Assembly (NCBI GenBank): GCA_031835245.2
Contig: JAVKOQ020000045.1
Span: forward strand, 1 to 64,000
DNA length: 64,000 nucleotides
Direction: 5' to 3'
From: Balamuthia mandrillaris
Lineage: Eukaryota
The position numbers and the translations under genes were made by a program. The first letter of the stretch is position 1, and every line of letters starts with the position of its first letter. This document shows, one piece after another, positions 11,500 through 23,902 of the stretch. The notes beneath the pieces are model-generated. The model did no database searches. It worked only from the letters and a program-made list of their open reading frames with translations, and was not told the DNA's origin.

Positions 11500-14400
11500 G
11501 GTGTTGATAACATTATGTCCAGGCTCCCAAGAGTTGTGATGGTTGGAGAAACCTTTGCACTTCAACCTATATTCAAGTCCTCAACTGGTGTAGTGGTGAT
11601 CTAAAACTTTCTCAACCTCATATTCGTCATCAGTGAGCTCTCTATCTTTGTCGTTACGCAGGATGAATCATTTGATGCAGTTGAGGTTTACCACTTTATC
11701 CATTTCAGGACCAGCAGTATTTAACACCTTGATTGTCTGCAGAGAACAGATTTCGATAATCTTGTAGGTCCTGCTTTCTAACTACATCAAAGTTTTTTTG
11801 ACTCGCCTACTGATGTGGCTTTGGAGTGAATGAGAACTAGGTCGCCAACCTTAAACTCATCCTCTGGCTTGCCATGCTGTTTCTCCATCTTCTTTTTTTG
11901 AATGTTGTCTACTCCACGGGCTTCATTTGGAAGTTCACACTGTGTCTCCTGCAGTTGCCTCACCCACAAATTGTTGAACAGATGGGTAGTGTCCACCAAA
12001 CCAGTACTGTTGGACTTCCTTCCAAACATCAACTACAAAAGGGTAAATCATCATCCTGGCAGCAGTGCATGGTGATAAGAATAAAGTAGCATTGGAAGGT
12101 ACGCACTCCAGGCTTGTTGCCTGCCATCCACGAATTTGCAGAGCTGCTCCTTAAGGGTGCAGTTGTATCATTCAACCATGCCGTTTCCTTGGGGATGCTC
12201 TGCCGTGGCGTATTTATGCTTGATGCCCAGAAGAGTCGAAAGCTCATTGTTGAGTTTGTTAACAAACTCTCTTCCTTGATCAGACAGAAGCTCCTTTGGG
12301 AGGTCCATGCTCATGAAGATCTCAAGTAAGGCCTTCACCACATCATTTGCTTATTTCATCTTCAATGGACGAATGTCTGGCCAACACGTGAAGGCATCAA
12401 TGGTGAACAAGGCATATCAGTACCCTTCAGCCATCAAGGGCAACTCACTGATCAGGTCCATGCAGACCAACTCGCCTGGCTTGTTTGCAAATGATGTGAC
12501 CCAACGGCCCATTGGCTTTCTTCCACGGAGCCTTCGCCTCCTGGCATTCCACACAGCCCTTGACCTAATGTTCCACATCTTTGTGAATACCAGGCCACCA
12601 GTACTGCATGATGAGGCAGGAGTACATCTTCATAAGGCCAAAATGCCCACCTGTTGGAACATCGTGGAACTGACAAAGTATCTTGTTCCTAAGCTCCTTG
12701 AGCACGATTTGTTGGATGGTAGCTTGTTTGACCTTTGCTTTATCAGGCCAAATCATGCGTAATAAATATCCGTCTTGGAGGAAGCACTGCTCCATGAGCA
12801 CCAACTGACAGGGTGTCTTACGTTGACATGCCTCCTCATTGCCTTCAATGGCTTCAACGATCCATGAAAATTCATTGTCGTTATGCAGCAGCTCAAGCCA
12901 TGAGTCGGAATCCAACTTCATATCCAGTAAAACCTGTGGGGAGCCATTCTCTTGTGACTGTATCCCACAGTTGTCTTCATCATCTGACTGGCTGCCTTCC
13001 CCTTCGCCTGCAAAAGTAACCTGTTTGCAGTTCTTTGGATGAGTAACAGTGTTAACTGCATCAAGAGCAAACGGTTCAAAGCTAAGACTATCAGTACTAA
13101 AATGTTCTTTCCTCCCCATGACTTAGTTTTTTTTTCATCCAAGTTACCCATCGACCAGGGAAAGAACATTTTATTGCAGTGCCAGGTGGTCTGTGATGAC
13201 ACATTCTAGCTGCTGAAGAATGTAATGTCTCCAATGCTGCAAGAGGAAGACAACGGCATAAGCCTCCTTCTCCATAGCACTCCAATTGAGCTGCGGACCA
13301 GAAAGCTTCTTGCAACTGTAGGCTACAACATGGTATAGCCCATCCTCTCCTTTCTGCTCCAGAGTTCCCCTGATGGCATAATCACTGGCATCATGAATCC
13401 GAAAGTCCTTCTCAGCATCATGATAGGCAAGGACAGGAGAACTGATAAGAGCCTCCTTTATCCCTTGGAAAGCCTGTTCCTGCTCATCACTCCACACAAA
13501 CTTCATTTTGGGGCTCATGAGGTTGGTGAGGGGCTTCACCATCTCGGTGAGATGATGGATGAACTTGTGATAGTAGTTTGCAAGTCCAAGGAAGCTTTGT
13601 AGTTGCTTCCTGGTGGTAGGGCGAGGGCAATCTTGCACCGCCTTGACCTTGCTCTGCATGGGACTAATTCCATCGCTAGACACCATGTGAACAAGGTACT
13701 CCATCATCTCCTTCATGAAGGCGCATTTGTTGACCTTCATGTAGAGTCGATACTTACAGAGATGCTCAAAGACCTTGTGTAAGTGAATGAGGTGGTCCTC
13801 AAATGTCTTGGAAAAAATGATGAGGTCATCCATGTGACACCAAGAAAACTTCTACTTGAATTTGCTGAAGATCTTGTCCATTCCTCATTGGAACATAGCC
13901 AGAGCATTAGTAGGTCTGAAGGGCATAACCACAGGCTCAAACTGGCCGGATTTTGTAATGAAGGCACACATATTTGTGGTATGCTCCTCCATTAGGAAGT
14001 GCTAATTACCACATGCTAGGTCAAACTTGGACCAGAACTTGAAGCCATGGAGGCAATTCAGTCCGTCCTCAACATTTGGCATAGAATAGGAGTCCTTCAC
14101 TGTCTGTTTGTTTAGCTCTCTGTAATCAATACAGAAACGTGGTTTTCCATCCTTCTTGATGATGATGATTACTGGGTGTGCCCATTCGCTGACAGATTTG
14201 CAAATGATGCCCATGAGTAGTATGTTATCCATGGCAGCGTCAATGGTCTCCTGAACCTTGGCGCTGACCTTGTGAGGCTTCACATGGATGGGGGTATAAT
14301 CCGTTAGGACTATCTTGTGGGAAGGAGGTTTAACACTTCCCAGCTCAGAAAGCTTGTAGCAGAAGATGTCCTTGAATTCAGGGGCCAGCTCTAGAAGCCG

Positions 14401-14571
14401 TGCTTTCTGCCTGATATCCAGGTCCACGTTGTTCACGAGCTCTCTCAAGCCCGTCATTACCTCCTCCTCAGTGGGAAGCTCCACCAGGTAGATAACGTCC
14501 ACGACGTCTTGGGTCTCCTTTGTGACTGAGGTGCACACTTGGTCGTTCTTCTTGCACGTTCTTGACAACAA
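11500..14571 (-). pseudogene. pol: pol pseudogene (RT, RNase H, integrase, chromodomain)
   Basis: KKDGKPRFCIDYRELN, MDDLIIFS, DASDYAIRG, EKEAYAVV, HDVPTGGHFG, GLAERHN-like motif, YEVEKVLDH..SWEP; many stops and frameshifts. Confidence 0.93.
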
Positions 14572-15796
14572 TATTCATCAATCCTGTCTTTTCATCAGCA
14601 CTGTCCTTCTGGGCCAGCGTCTGGCTTTGGCTTCCAGACTTGCCCTTTGTGTCCTGCAAAGCACTGCCAAAAGTATCCTTCTTCTTGCTTTGGTCAACAT
14701 GTTTCTTTTCTGAGCACTCTCTTGTCCAGTGCTCTCTTGACTTAAAGGGTTGCTTTTTCCTCCTGTCATTGCCAGAACTGCTGTCATTGTTGTTCTTTTC
14801 CCGCCTTGAGCTCTTTGACTGATGGTCCAAGCTCCTCTTCACATGTTTGCGTCCTTCCCAGTCTCTAGCAAGGTTCAGGGCATCAGCCATATTAGCAATG
14901 TCTTCTCACTGAAGGAATTTCTCCTTCAGGTCCGGAACAGCACCTGCAATGAACTTCTCCAAGACCTGAGTCTTGCTGAAATCCGTGAGGAAAGCCTCTC
15001 ACAGTGCTGTATGCACTTGCAAGTTCCAGGCATCTACAGACTCATCAATGTTCATCTAGAGGTTTCCAAGCTTCATGATTTTAGCAGTCACTCAGTCATG
15101 ATACTGGAAGCAGTTGAGGAGCTGTGTTTTCGCCTCTGTGGGGTTTAGTAGGACTTCACCTCTTGTTTGTTCTTGCTCAAGGAAGCAGCAAATGACATCA
15201 GTGTTGTTGTGAAGTTGTCCTTCAAAGTGAAGCATATAGTCCTGATGACTCCTGCCAGCAGCAGTTGCATAGTGGTTGAATGAGGTCAAAAAGATGTTTG
15301 GGTCCTTGTTTGGCTTGCCATGGAAAGTCAGCAGTGTTTCTGCAGTAAGCAGACTCTGCACCAGCCGAATATTGTCCAAGCTGTCACCAGTGTTGTGTTT
15401 GGCTGTACATCATCATAAATCTTGACAGCATGCCATAAGGTTGAGTGTGGGTTTTCTCTTCTCCTTCTCCTTTTCTTTCTCTTCTTCACTTGATGATGAA
15501 GAACTGGACCCAGAACCGAGACCATTATCCTTATCTGCAAGTTGGGCCTTAAAAAGGATTTGCAGTTGAGAGATTGCCTTGTTAAAAGCTGCTAAAGCTA
15601 CTTTGTTGTGCTCATTCGCTTGTTTGATGTCATTAGAGAGCTCATCAGCAAAATTTTCCAACTTTGCATTGATATGGTTGATACAGTCAGACAAAGAAGA
15701 AGCATCGCTAGTCTGATTGACCAAGAGTCTGTTGTGGTCTGTTTGGCTTGTGTGAAGCTCAGAGAGAGCCTGGTTAATGGCGTCTAGTCTGTCCAT
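14468..15796 (-). pseudogene. gag: gag pseudogene
   Basis: Coiled-coil N-terminus, FHGKPNKDPNIFL capsid-like start, partial zinc knuckle HWTREC, upstream of pol. Confidence 0.75.
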
Positions 15797-16199
15797 GGGA
15801 AGGGTTGTAGAAGTAATAGTAGGGGAAGGAGTGCCAGAAGCTGGAAGGATAGCACCACTGGAAAGTGCACCACTCTGTGCACTAGAAGAAGGTCAATTTC
15901 CGTTGGACCGGTTTGGTCAGCAAATTTAGATACAACCAGTAAGGTTGACCTTTAACGGTGTGTGCAATGGGGAAATACAAGTGGGTATTGGCCTCTAGGG
16001 AGGAATCACGATGTACAAGCTATCCTGGTAGGCTCTTGGGAGGGGTCGTTGAAAGCATCCCCTTTGGCTTGGTTTGTGTGTGTGGGCATTTTACATCATT
16101 GAACACTACTACAGAAGCACTCCAAGTTTCCTCTGAAAACCCTGAGTATCCAAAAATAGGTTAAACACCCAAAAACTGAACTTACCAAGAAAAAAGTAA

Positions 16200-16212
16200 G
16201 CTGATGTCACCA
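16200..16212 (-). promoter_or_regulatory. Primer-binding site TGGTGACATCAGC
   Basis: TGG-initiated sequence 2 nt inside the 5' LTR; priming tRNA not identified. Confidence 0.65.
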
Positions 16213-16214
16213 AG

Positions 16215-16352
16215 TGTGATAAGGCTGGTAGGGAAACAACCTAATGGACACCAACTTGATGGGTGTAGGGAAAAGACCTTTAATAAAACGAAAGAAAGAG
16301 AGATATATACAAGGAGAGATAGGGATAGGTATTATGGGAGAGTGGTATAACA
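16215..16352 (-). repeat. 5' LTR
   Basis: TG..CA direct repeat followed by ATAT TSD. Confidence 0.95.
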
Positions 16353-16484
16353 ATATTATTTTTTGTGAATATTTTGATTAGACAAAAAATAATTTCCAAA
16401 AAGGGGCGCCCTTTTTAGTTTAAAACGTGTTAACTGCTTTTCTCTTTCTCCTTCATAGTGCCAGTCGGGTCCTCCACCATACAT

Positions 16485-16850
16485 CTTGTTCTCTGCTCTC
16501 TGCTCTCTGCTCTCTGCTCTCTGCTTTCTGCTCTCTCCTCTCTCCTCTCTCCTCTCTCTTCTCTCTGCTCTCTTCTCTCCTCTTTCTTGTTCTCCCATCT
16601 CCCCTCTCCTCCTGTCTCCCGTCTCCTGGCTCTCATCTCCTGTCTCCCGTCTCCCGTCTCCTGGCTCTCATCTCCTGTCTCCCGTCTCCCATCTCCTCTT
16701 GTCTCCTGTATTCTGTTTCCTGGCTTCTGTGTCCCCCTCGCCTTTCTCCTCTCGCCTCGCCTCTTGCCTCTCGCCTCTTCCCTCTTCCCTCTCTTCTCAT
16801 CTTCCCTCTCCCACTTCCCTCTCAGCTCGCCTGACTTCTCCTGTCTCTCT
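16485..16850. repeat. Pyrimidine-rich low-complexity tract (CTCTGCT, TCTCCY units)
   Basis: Visible tandem 6-7-mers. Confidence 0.85.
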
Positions 16851-17084
16851 CTAAGAAATTTTTCTGTCTCTGAGTTGCTTTTCAGTCTATTTTCCTTTGT
16901 TTACCTGTGACACCACTACTAACAACTATCACTTTTTTTCCTTTCTTTCTTTCTTTCTTTTATCTGCCTCTCTGTTGTTTTTCCTTATCATCATCAACTG
17001 ACTCTTTTTACCTTTAGATTATCACCCAACGCCAGCCATTTACAGCATTGTTGCCAGGTATTTCTTTTGCTTGTTATCTTTCAA

Positions 17085-17275
17085 TTTCTCTTTCTCTCTG
17101 TCTCCTTCTTTATCTCTCTTTCTCTCTCTCTTTTTCTCTTTCTCTTTCTCTTTCTCTTTCTCTTTCTCTTTCTCTTTCTCTTTCTCTTTCTCTTTCTCTT
17201 TCTCTTTCTCTTTCTCTTTCTTTTTCTCTTTCTCTTTCTTTTTCTCTTTCTCTTTCTCTTTCTCTTTCTCCCTTT
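17085..17275. repeat. (TCTTTC)n microsatellite
   Basis: Near-perfect hexamer array. Confidence 0.95.
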
Positions 17276-17369
17276 CTTGCTCCATCTTGCTTTCTCTTTT
17301 CATGTTGTTTAAATACTAAATGCTTCATCTTTGTTTTCCTGCTGCTATAGGTAAGCCAGTGGCATTGCT

Positions 17370-17560
17370 GCGAACAAGAATGGGAATGAGAACAAGAACA
17401 AGCACAAGGACATGAATGAGAACAAGAACAAGAACGAGAACAAGAATGAGAACAAGAACCAGAATGAGCATGAGAATGAGACCAAGAACGAGAATGAGAA
17501 CAAGAATGAGAATGAGAATGAGAACAAGAACAAGAACACAAACGTGAACATGAATGCAAA
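17370..17560. repeat. Degenerate (GAACGA/GAACAA/GAATGA)n hexamer array
   Basis: Visible hexamer periodicity. Confidence 0.85.
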
Positions 17561-17693
17561 CACAGAGCCAGGACGAGACTGGGAATGAGGACAAGAAAAA
17601 GAACAGCAGAACAACAGCAAAGGATGTGGATGGGTCTTTTGATTTGGGATTGGTTCAGAAATAAACAATTTGAACACCATTATGGTTCTTTGG

Positions 17694-17888
17694 TGTCTAA
17701 ACAGCTATCTAAACACCTGTCTGAACATCTGTTTAAACATTTGTCTATACAGCTATCTAAACACTTGTCTAAACACCTGTTTTGATAGCTGTATAGACAG
17801 ATGACTATACAAGGAAAAATCGTTCCCTTTTATGCTATATGTCCATACACAGTGTATAGACAGGTGTTTAAGTAGGTGTTTATACAGC
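17694..17888. repeat. 12-bp tandem repeats (TGTCTAAACACC-like) in direct then inverted orientation
   Basis: About 7 direct units 17694-17782; reverse-complement units near 17788-17800 and 17851-17888. Confidence 0.75.
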
Positions 17889-18119
17889 TCCAATCATCCA
17901 ACAGAGTAAAACTTTTTTATTTCTAAGGTTGGATACAACCAACTACTGTTCACTTCATCAAATCAATAATGCTTTTTATAAGATAGTCTAAATATAAATG
18001 GGTTTATCCTATTTGAGTGTTCTTGTTTCAAAGTTCATGCTAGTCACTGCTTACACTATTGTTACTACAATGTTTTCCTAACAACAAAAAAGGAGAACAA
18101 AAAAAACCATACATTTTCA

Positions 18120-18830
18120 TTACTCCAATACAAACTCCTGAAGCAAGTTGTTAAGTTCAGCATGGTCCTGCATCCAAGTCACAAATGAATGGCTAGGGTC
18201 CTGAAAACCTTTCTCCTTTGTTTCATTGAGAAAAGCATTGAAAGCAATCAAGTAAAAGTAACGCTGTAAAGTGGAGAAAATGGATAAGTTATATGGAGAC
18301 AGAAAAAAACAAAGAAAAAAAGAAAGCAGTTTTATACCTCAAGATAGTTTTTGCCACGCTCCATGGAAAAGTGGAAGGTTGGAGTGTTTTGCTCACCCGC
18401 TTTGATGGCCTTGTTGACCTTGAGCTTGTATTCTTTGATAGCATAGCGCAAGTTTTGCATGGCACTACAGCTGTCAATAATGTAATCCACCTCATCTTTG
18501 GCAATCTTTCCATTCTTTAATACTCGAATCAACCGGAGAATCAACTATTACAAAAATTAATGAACTAAGTGAGAGAAAGAGAGAGAAAAGAACAAACCTT
18601 GAACTCACCACGGTGATAGTGAATATTCAACTCTTGATTGACTTTAAGGACAGTCTCAGATTGGACAATTTCTTGGGGTGCAACAGTGGGTCCACTCAAG
18701 TTGATGGGGCAGGTAAACTCAGCACCTGCTAGATTGCTGTGCAACAAGAAAAGACAAGCCACCACCATTCCTGTTGTTGTTCTTCCTCGACCTTTTCAGC
18801 AACAAAGTGAGTTTGACTGGTGCAAAAGAG

Positions 18831-18868
<38 letters not shown>

Positions 18869-21386
18869 ACAAATAGAGAATGAGACATATACCCATTTGA
18901 CAGTTGAAGATGAGATGATCTCTATCCGAGATACGAGAGAGACGTCTTAGCAAGTCGTCAAAGTCCTTTTCCTCTGGAGCCTTTTCATCAGTGATAGGCA
19001 CTCGCAGCAGTTCTACTCTGTGTCCTCTATGAGCAAGGTCCTCATATACCTCTCTCAACGTTCGAACAGTGACCGAGTTAACCCTCTCCCAACAGGTGAG
19101 CACTCTACCATCATCACTCTCATCATGGATTAAGATATGGCCACCATATTGCTTGGCGTCTGCTAATATGTCTTTCTTCAATCGTTTTTCCATCGCTTCC
19201 ACACGTTCTGGCTCAATGCCTGTAATTTCCAAATTGGCAAATGGTTGGTCATGTTGACGGACTACAAATGGTCTGTTGTTGATGTACACAATTGGTTCTG
19301 TTTGAGAGAAAGAGAGAGGAGAGAAATTATTATTTTTTGTGAACAGAGACAACAAAGACGGGAAAGGCAAACCTTCACGGAGGTTGGTCCATATGAAAGA
19401 ACAAGGTGCCGACTTGGCATAGTTTGCTTGTACATATTCTAGGATGTTGGCCACACCTTCCACTGTACACTGAGCTACTCCGTAAACGCTTGCTCCCTCC
19501 ACCTTTATCATTGGATGTGTGGTGTAAAAGTTAATTCTGTGGATTAAACAATAAAACCTAAAAAAGAAAAGAAATCACAAAAAAACCAGAGGAGAAAAAA
19601 CCTTTCGGAAATTTGGGGCTCCTGTAATGTGAGGAAGAATGCTGGCACGTTGGCAACCAGGAAAGTGATCCGACTTAAGAATGGTTCCAGTGACGAGCAC
19701 ATTGCCAGCACGTTTTAGAATGACGTCCTTCTCGTCCACATTTTTCAGGTTGACTTTGTCTGTGGTGCAAACACCTTCTTTGATAAGCTCCATGTTGAAC
19801 AGGGTCTGGTCTTCCTCCGCACCTGCTATCGCTTCATCGTCGATGTCAGCAATGCTCAGGGCAACTGACGGGTTCTGCCTCATTTGAGAAATCAAAGTGG
19901 TGACTTCTGGTTTGGAGGTGAGCCATCTGGTGAATGCTTTTCTGGCTTTTTCTTCCTCCTCCTCTTCGATTTTTGGTCGTTGTTGGCCTTTTTCATCCAT
20001 CAGCTCTACTTGCTTCTCTTTCTCTTCCTCCTCCATGTTCTCTGTAAGAGCCGCTTGTATTTTTTCTCCTCTCTTTCTCTTCTTTCCGTTGCTGGAGGTG
20101 CTATCTCCAGCCTCTCCTTCTTTCTCTTTTTCTTTATCGCTGTGTTCTTCGTTGTGTTCATACTTTTGTAGTTGTTGACGACTGAAGAAAAGGTCTTCAG
20201 CAAGATATGCATTCACCAAGAGAAGATTAAAATATCGTTCTAAGTAATGCAGACTTCGTTTTTCCAAGTGAGAAATGTCAACACGTTCATATTGAGAGGT
20301 AGGCTTAGTGACGCCATTACCCAACAGCATTTGGCTAAGGGCATGAATGCTCTCACGCAGGTTTACCGGGTAGTCACATAGGTCAATCGCAGAATCTACC
20401 TGTTGCTTCAACAATTGACCTAATAAATCAATTGAATTGTTATTTTAGCGAGGGAGAGAGAGAGGAGGGAAAATTGAAGAGCTACCTTCATGTAAAGTAC
20501 GAACAAGACCCATGATAGCGTTGAACTCTCCTCGACGCAGGCGTTCCTTGTTATGGAGGGTTGTGCTGGTAACATCGTTGGAGCGAAGCACGAGAGCACC
20601 AGGTGACTCTGACAACTTAGTCCACATCTGATGGAGAAGTGCGATTACCATTCCTGTTGCAGAGCGACCTCCGCCTGACTGGCAATTAAACACAATGTGA
20701 GTGTTTTGAGTGGTGTGCTTGCGTAGAATGTGCAGCAAATCGTTGAGGTCCTGAAAGTCAGGAGCGTGTTCTGGTGTGATAGGTACTCTTGCATACTTTA
20801 TGCTGGAAAGACCTGTTTTGCGTTAATTATAACACGAACCTTCCAAACCAAAAAAATGGTGAAGGGAGAAATAGAAGCGACTATAGGGACAAACCTTTAA
20901 GGCAGAATCGCTTATCGGCAATCTCCTCAAATACAGCACGTGGCGTTTGGATAGTGATATTAGGAGTGGATTGTTGCCCGTCATCTCTTTTTTTGACTGT
21001 CTCCCATGAGGATACAACCTGCTTCAGTGCAGTTTCATCGTGAACCAATACCTTGCCATCGAAGAGTTCCCATTCTTCCACCAAGTCTTGTTTAAGCCTT
21101 TCCTCCATTTCCTCCAAGCGAGTAGCATCTATTCCTTGTACCATGGTCATGTTTCTAAAGGGATGATCCATGTCTCTGTATGTTTTTGGATCTTTTGTAA
21201 AAACAGAGAATGCCTGAAACAGAGATAAAGAATGTAGGCCAGGAATGCAACCTTAGGACGTAAGATTTGCCATTGATGTAGATCATTGGTTCTTCACGTA
21301 GGTTCACCCAAATGACATTGATAGGTTCCTCGCTCCTGCAAGAAGAGAGAGGAGGGAGGGAGGGAGAGAGGGAGGGAGGGAGGGGG

Positions 21387-21436
<50 letters not shown>

Positions 21437-22834
21437 GTAAGAGGAAATGACAAATCAGCAGGGGACTAACTTCAAGCGATTAACGTACTTAGTTCTGGCT
21501 TGGTGGCTCTGGACAATATGAGCTAGTACGCAGTGAGTGCCTTCGATGGTTGTTTGAGCCACACCATGAATGGAAAACTGCGGACCAGCAGAGCGATAGT
21601 TCTTAACGCCAGGAATAGCATTTTCTCTGTCAACCAAAGAAGAAGAGGAGCTAGTGGAAGAAGACGTAGCAGAAGAAGATGTTACATCAGAAGAAGATGT
21701 GAGTGCGTCTCTGGTAGCTACAGAGAGCTGTTGTGGCAGCTGATGATGCTGAAGAAGGTTGGGAAAATGGTCTCTCTTCAGGATGATGTTCTTGCTGAGT
21801 ACGTTGCCCATGCGCTTGGCTACCACTTCATGTGCAATTTCCTCTCCTATTTCTTCTCTTTCGCTTCGCTTCAATGGCATCGAAACGCCTATTTAATTTG
21901 GAGGAATTAAGCTAAAAAACAACAACTAACAAGCAAAAAAAAGCGAGATAGATAAAACAAGATAAGGAAGTTATGTACCATGATTTAATCGTAGAGCTTT
22001 CTCAGGTTCACGATGCATTGCCTTGAAGACAGCTGTTATCTCAGGCCTCTCTTTCAACCACGCATCAAAGCTTAGACTAAGGTTGTGTGAAGCCTCTTCG
22101 CTGAGATAAGAATTAAAGACGATGAGCCACACGTAACGTTCAAGATATGTGAGTGCCCTTAACAGATAGCTTTCACTCTCCTCCGGAGTGCGGGCTGTTT
22201 CGTGCTTCAGGCGATACTCTAATATGATCTCTCGTTGATTTTCAATCATCTCGCAAAGATCAATGGCCAAGTCTGTCTGTGTTTGTATGCTATCTATTAG
22301 CATTGTTTAATGTTGCATACAGGACATTTCTCAAGGAGCAAAAAAGGTGGAGAACCTGTAGTTTAGTTTCAATACCGTAACGTAACGTTCTGACTAGATT
22401 CATTACAATCTGAATGAGAGAGATTAAGATCAATAAGTCTGTGACATCAATACCACTACCAACATACCTTGTAGTCTCCATCACGGAACTGTTGGTTGCC
22501 ATCAATGTCCTCGTGACGCGGCATCTCTCGTTTCCATTTGTACGTGTGAAGGAGAGAACGAAAACGATTGAAGCTCGTCATGCGATCCGGCTTCACCTTC
22601 GAACGGGTACCAGGAATCGTCAAGTAATTTTGTTGTGAGGATGGAGATGAGAATAGAGTGCCTGATGGTGACGAGGAAGTGTGAGGCTGCAGCTTTCCTT
22701 CCCCAATGGATGTATTGGTTTTATACCACATGTACATGAGGCTTGCCATAACCATTGCTGTTGTCGATCTTCCCTTGCCTTTTGGTAATTTAAAAGGAGT
22801 GAGAGAGAGAGAGAGAGAGAGAGAACAAATACCA

Positions 22835-22871
<37 letters not shown>

Positions 22872-23652
22872 AAACCCATTTGACAATTAAACACGATGCG
22901 AGTGCTTTGGCTAAAGGGCCGTATGGCCCCCAGAAGTGCAGTGCACATCTTGGTCTCAGGCGCCCTCTCAGGGGTGACAGGGATACGAGCATACCGCACT
23001 TTGTAGCCCTGCTGAGCGGCCAGCTTGGCGAACACCTCCTTGGGCGTGAGGACGTTATCCTCGGTGATGGCCTCCCACAACGGAGAGACCGTGCCCTCCT
23101 GGATCTCATCATGCACCAAGATGTTGCCGTGGTACTTGGCGGCCTCGGCCAGAATGTCCCGTTTGAGACGAGCCTCCATGTCTTCCAAATGATCCACCTT
23201 CATTCCTTTTTTGTGGAATTTTAAAAGGCAATCATGAATCGATGTGATGTTAATCGTTCGCATCCAAAGAATAATCAGAAAGAGAAAAGAAACAATTGCA
23301 ATATACCTTTGTAGTCTCGAAGGTTGGTTAGAGGACGCGTCCACTCGCGAAGCACAAAAGGTCTGCCGTTGATGTAGATCACACATTCCTCCCTCAGGTT
23401 GACCCACACCACGTCGACTTCTTTATCCTGCATGCACAGCCGATTGAGCACCGCGCGAAAGCCAAAGACGGTCGGCTGGGCCACGCCAAAGATGGGCAGA
23501 GAGACGACCTGGCGAAAGTTGGGGGCACCGGACAGGCGGAAGGGGACGGGGCTGTACTGGTGCCCGCCGAGGTAGTGGTCGGCCTTGAGGATGGTCCCTT
23601 TGCCCATCACCTCCCCTGAGCGTTCCCGGATAGCCCGTCGCACCTCGTCCAT
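18120..23652 (-). CDS. PALD1: Paladin-like protein with three PTP-like phytase/phosphatase domains (multi-exon)
   Basis: Three repeats of LK.DH.., GAPNFR, GVAQ.T, NLREE..IYING, R.P.T.E.AP and FNCQxGxGR(S/T)xT. Confidence 0.92.
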
Positions 23653-23902
23653 GTCTGCGTCTGTTGTTCTTCCTTCTTCTGCCCTGCCTTAATTTTGCTT
23701 TGTGGATCTACCGTTGTGACCGGCATCCTGGTCAAATAGTGTCCAAATGCAGCGGTTTCAACGTGACAACTGTTTGGGTTGCATTTTGATCTGTTGATCG
23801 TGACGATCAGTCAAAAAAAATGGTGTTTAGCGGAGGTCGAACCCGCATAGGGGATGAAAATCCGATGAAATTCTATGGGTTGCTAGGAATAGGGAAAGTA
23901 CG

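Larger units (their letters stand above)
11273..16352 (-). mobile_element. Ty3/gypsy chromovirus-type LTR retrotransposon, decayed
   Basis: 138 bp TG..CA LTRs at both ends, ATAT TSD, PPT, PBS, gag-RT-RNaseH-integrase-chromodomain order. Confidence 0.95.

Noticed and set aside
16356..17785. Multiple overlapping ORFs (poly-EK, SL, FL, LV)
   Set aside because: Products of stop-free simple repeats, not separate genes
17694..17790. CRISPR-like array
   Set aside because: Contiguous 12-bp units without unique spacers, no cas genes, eukaryotic context
23813..23850. tRNA-like T-arm GCGGGTTCGACCTCCGC plus CCA and T-run on the minus strand
   Set aside because: No matching 5' acceptor strand, D-arm or anticodon arm upstream
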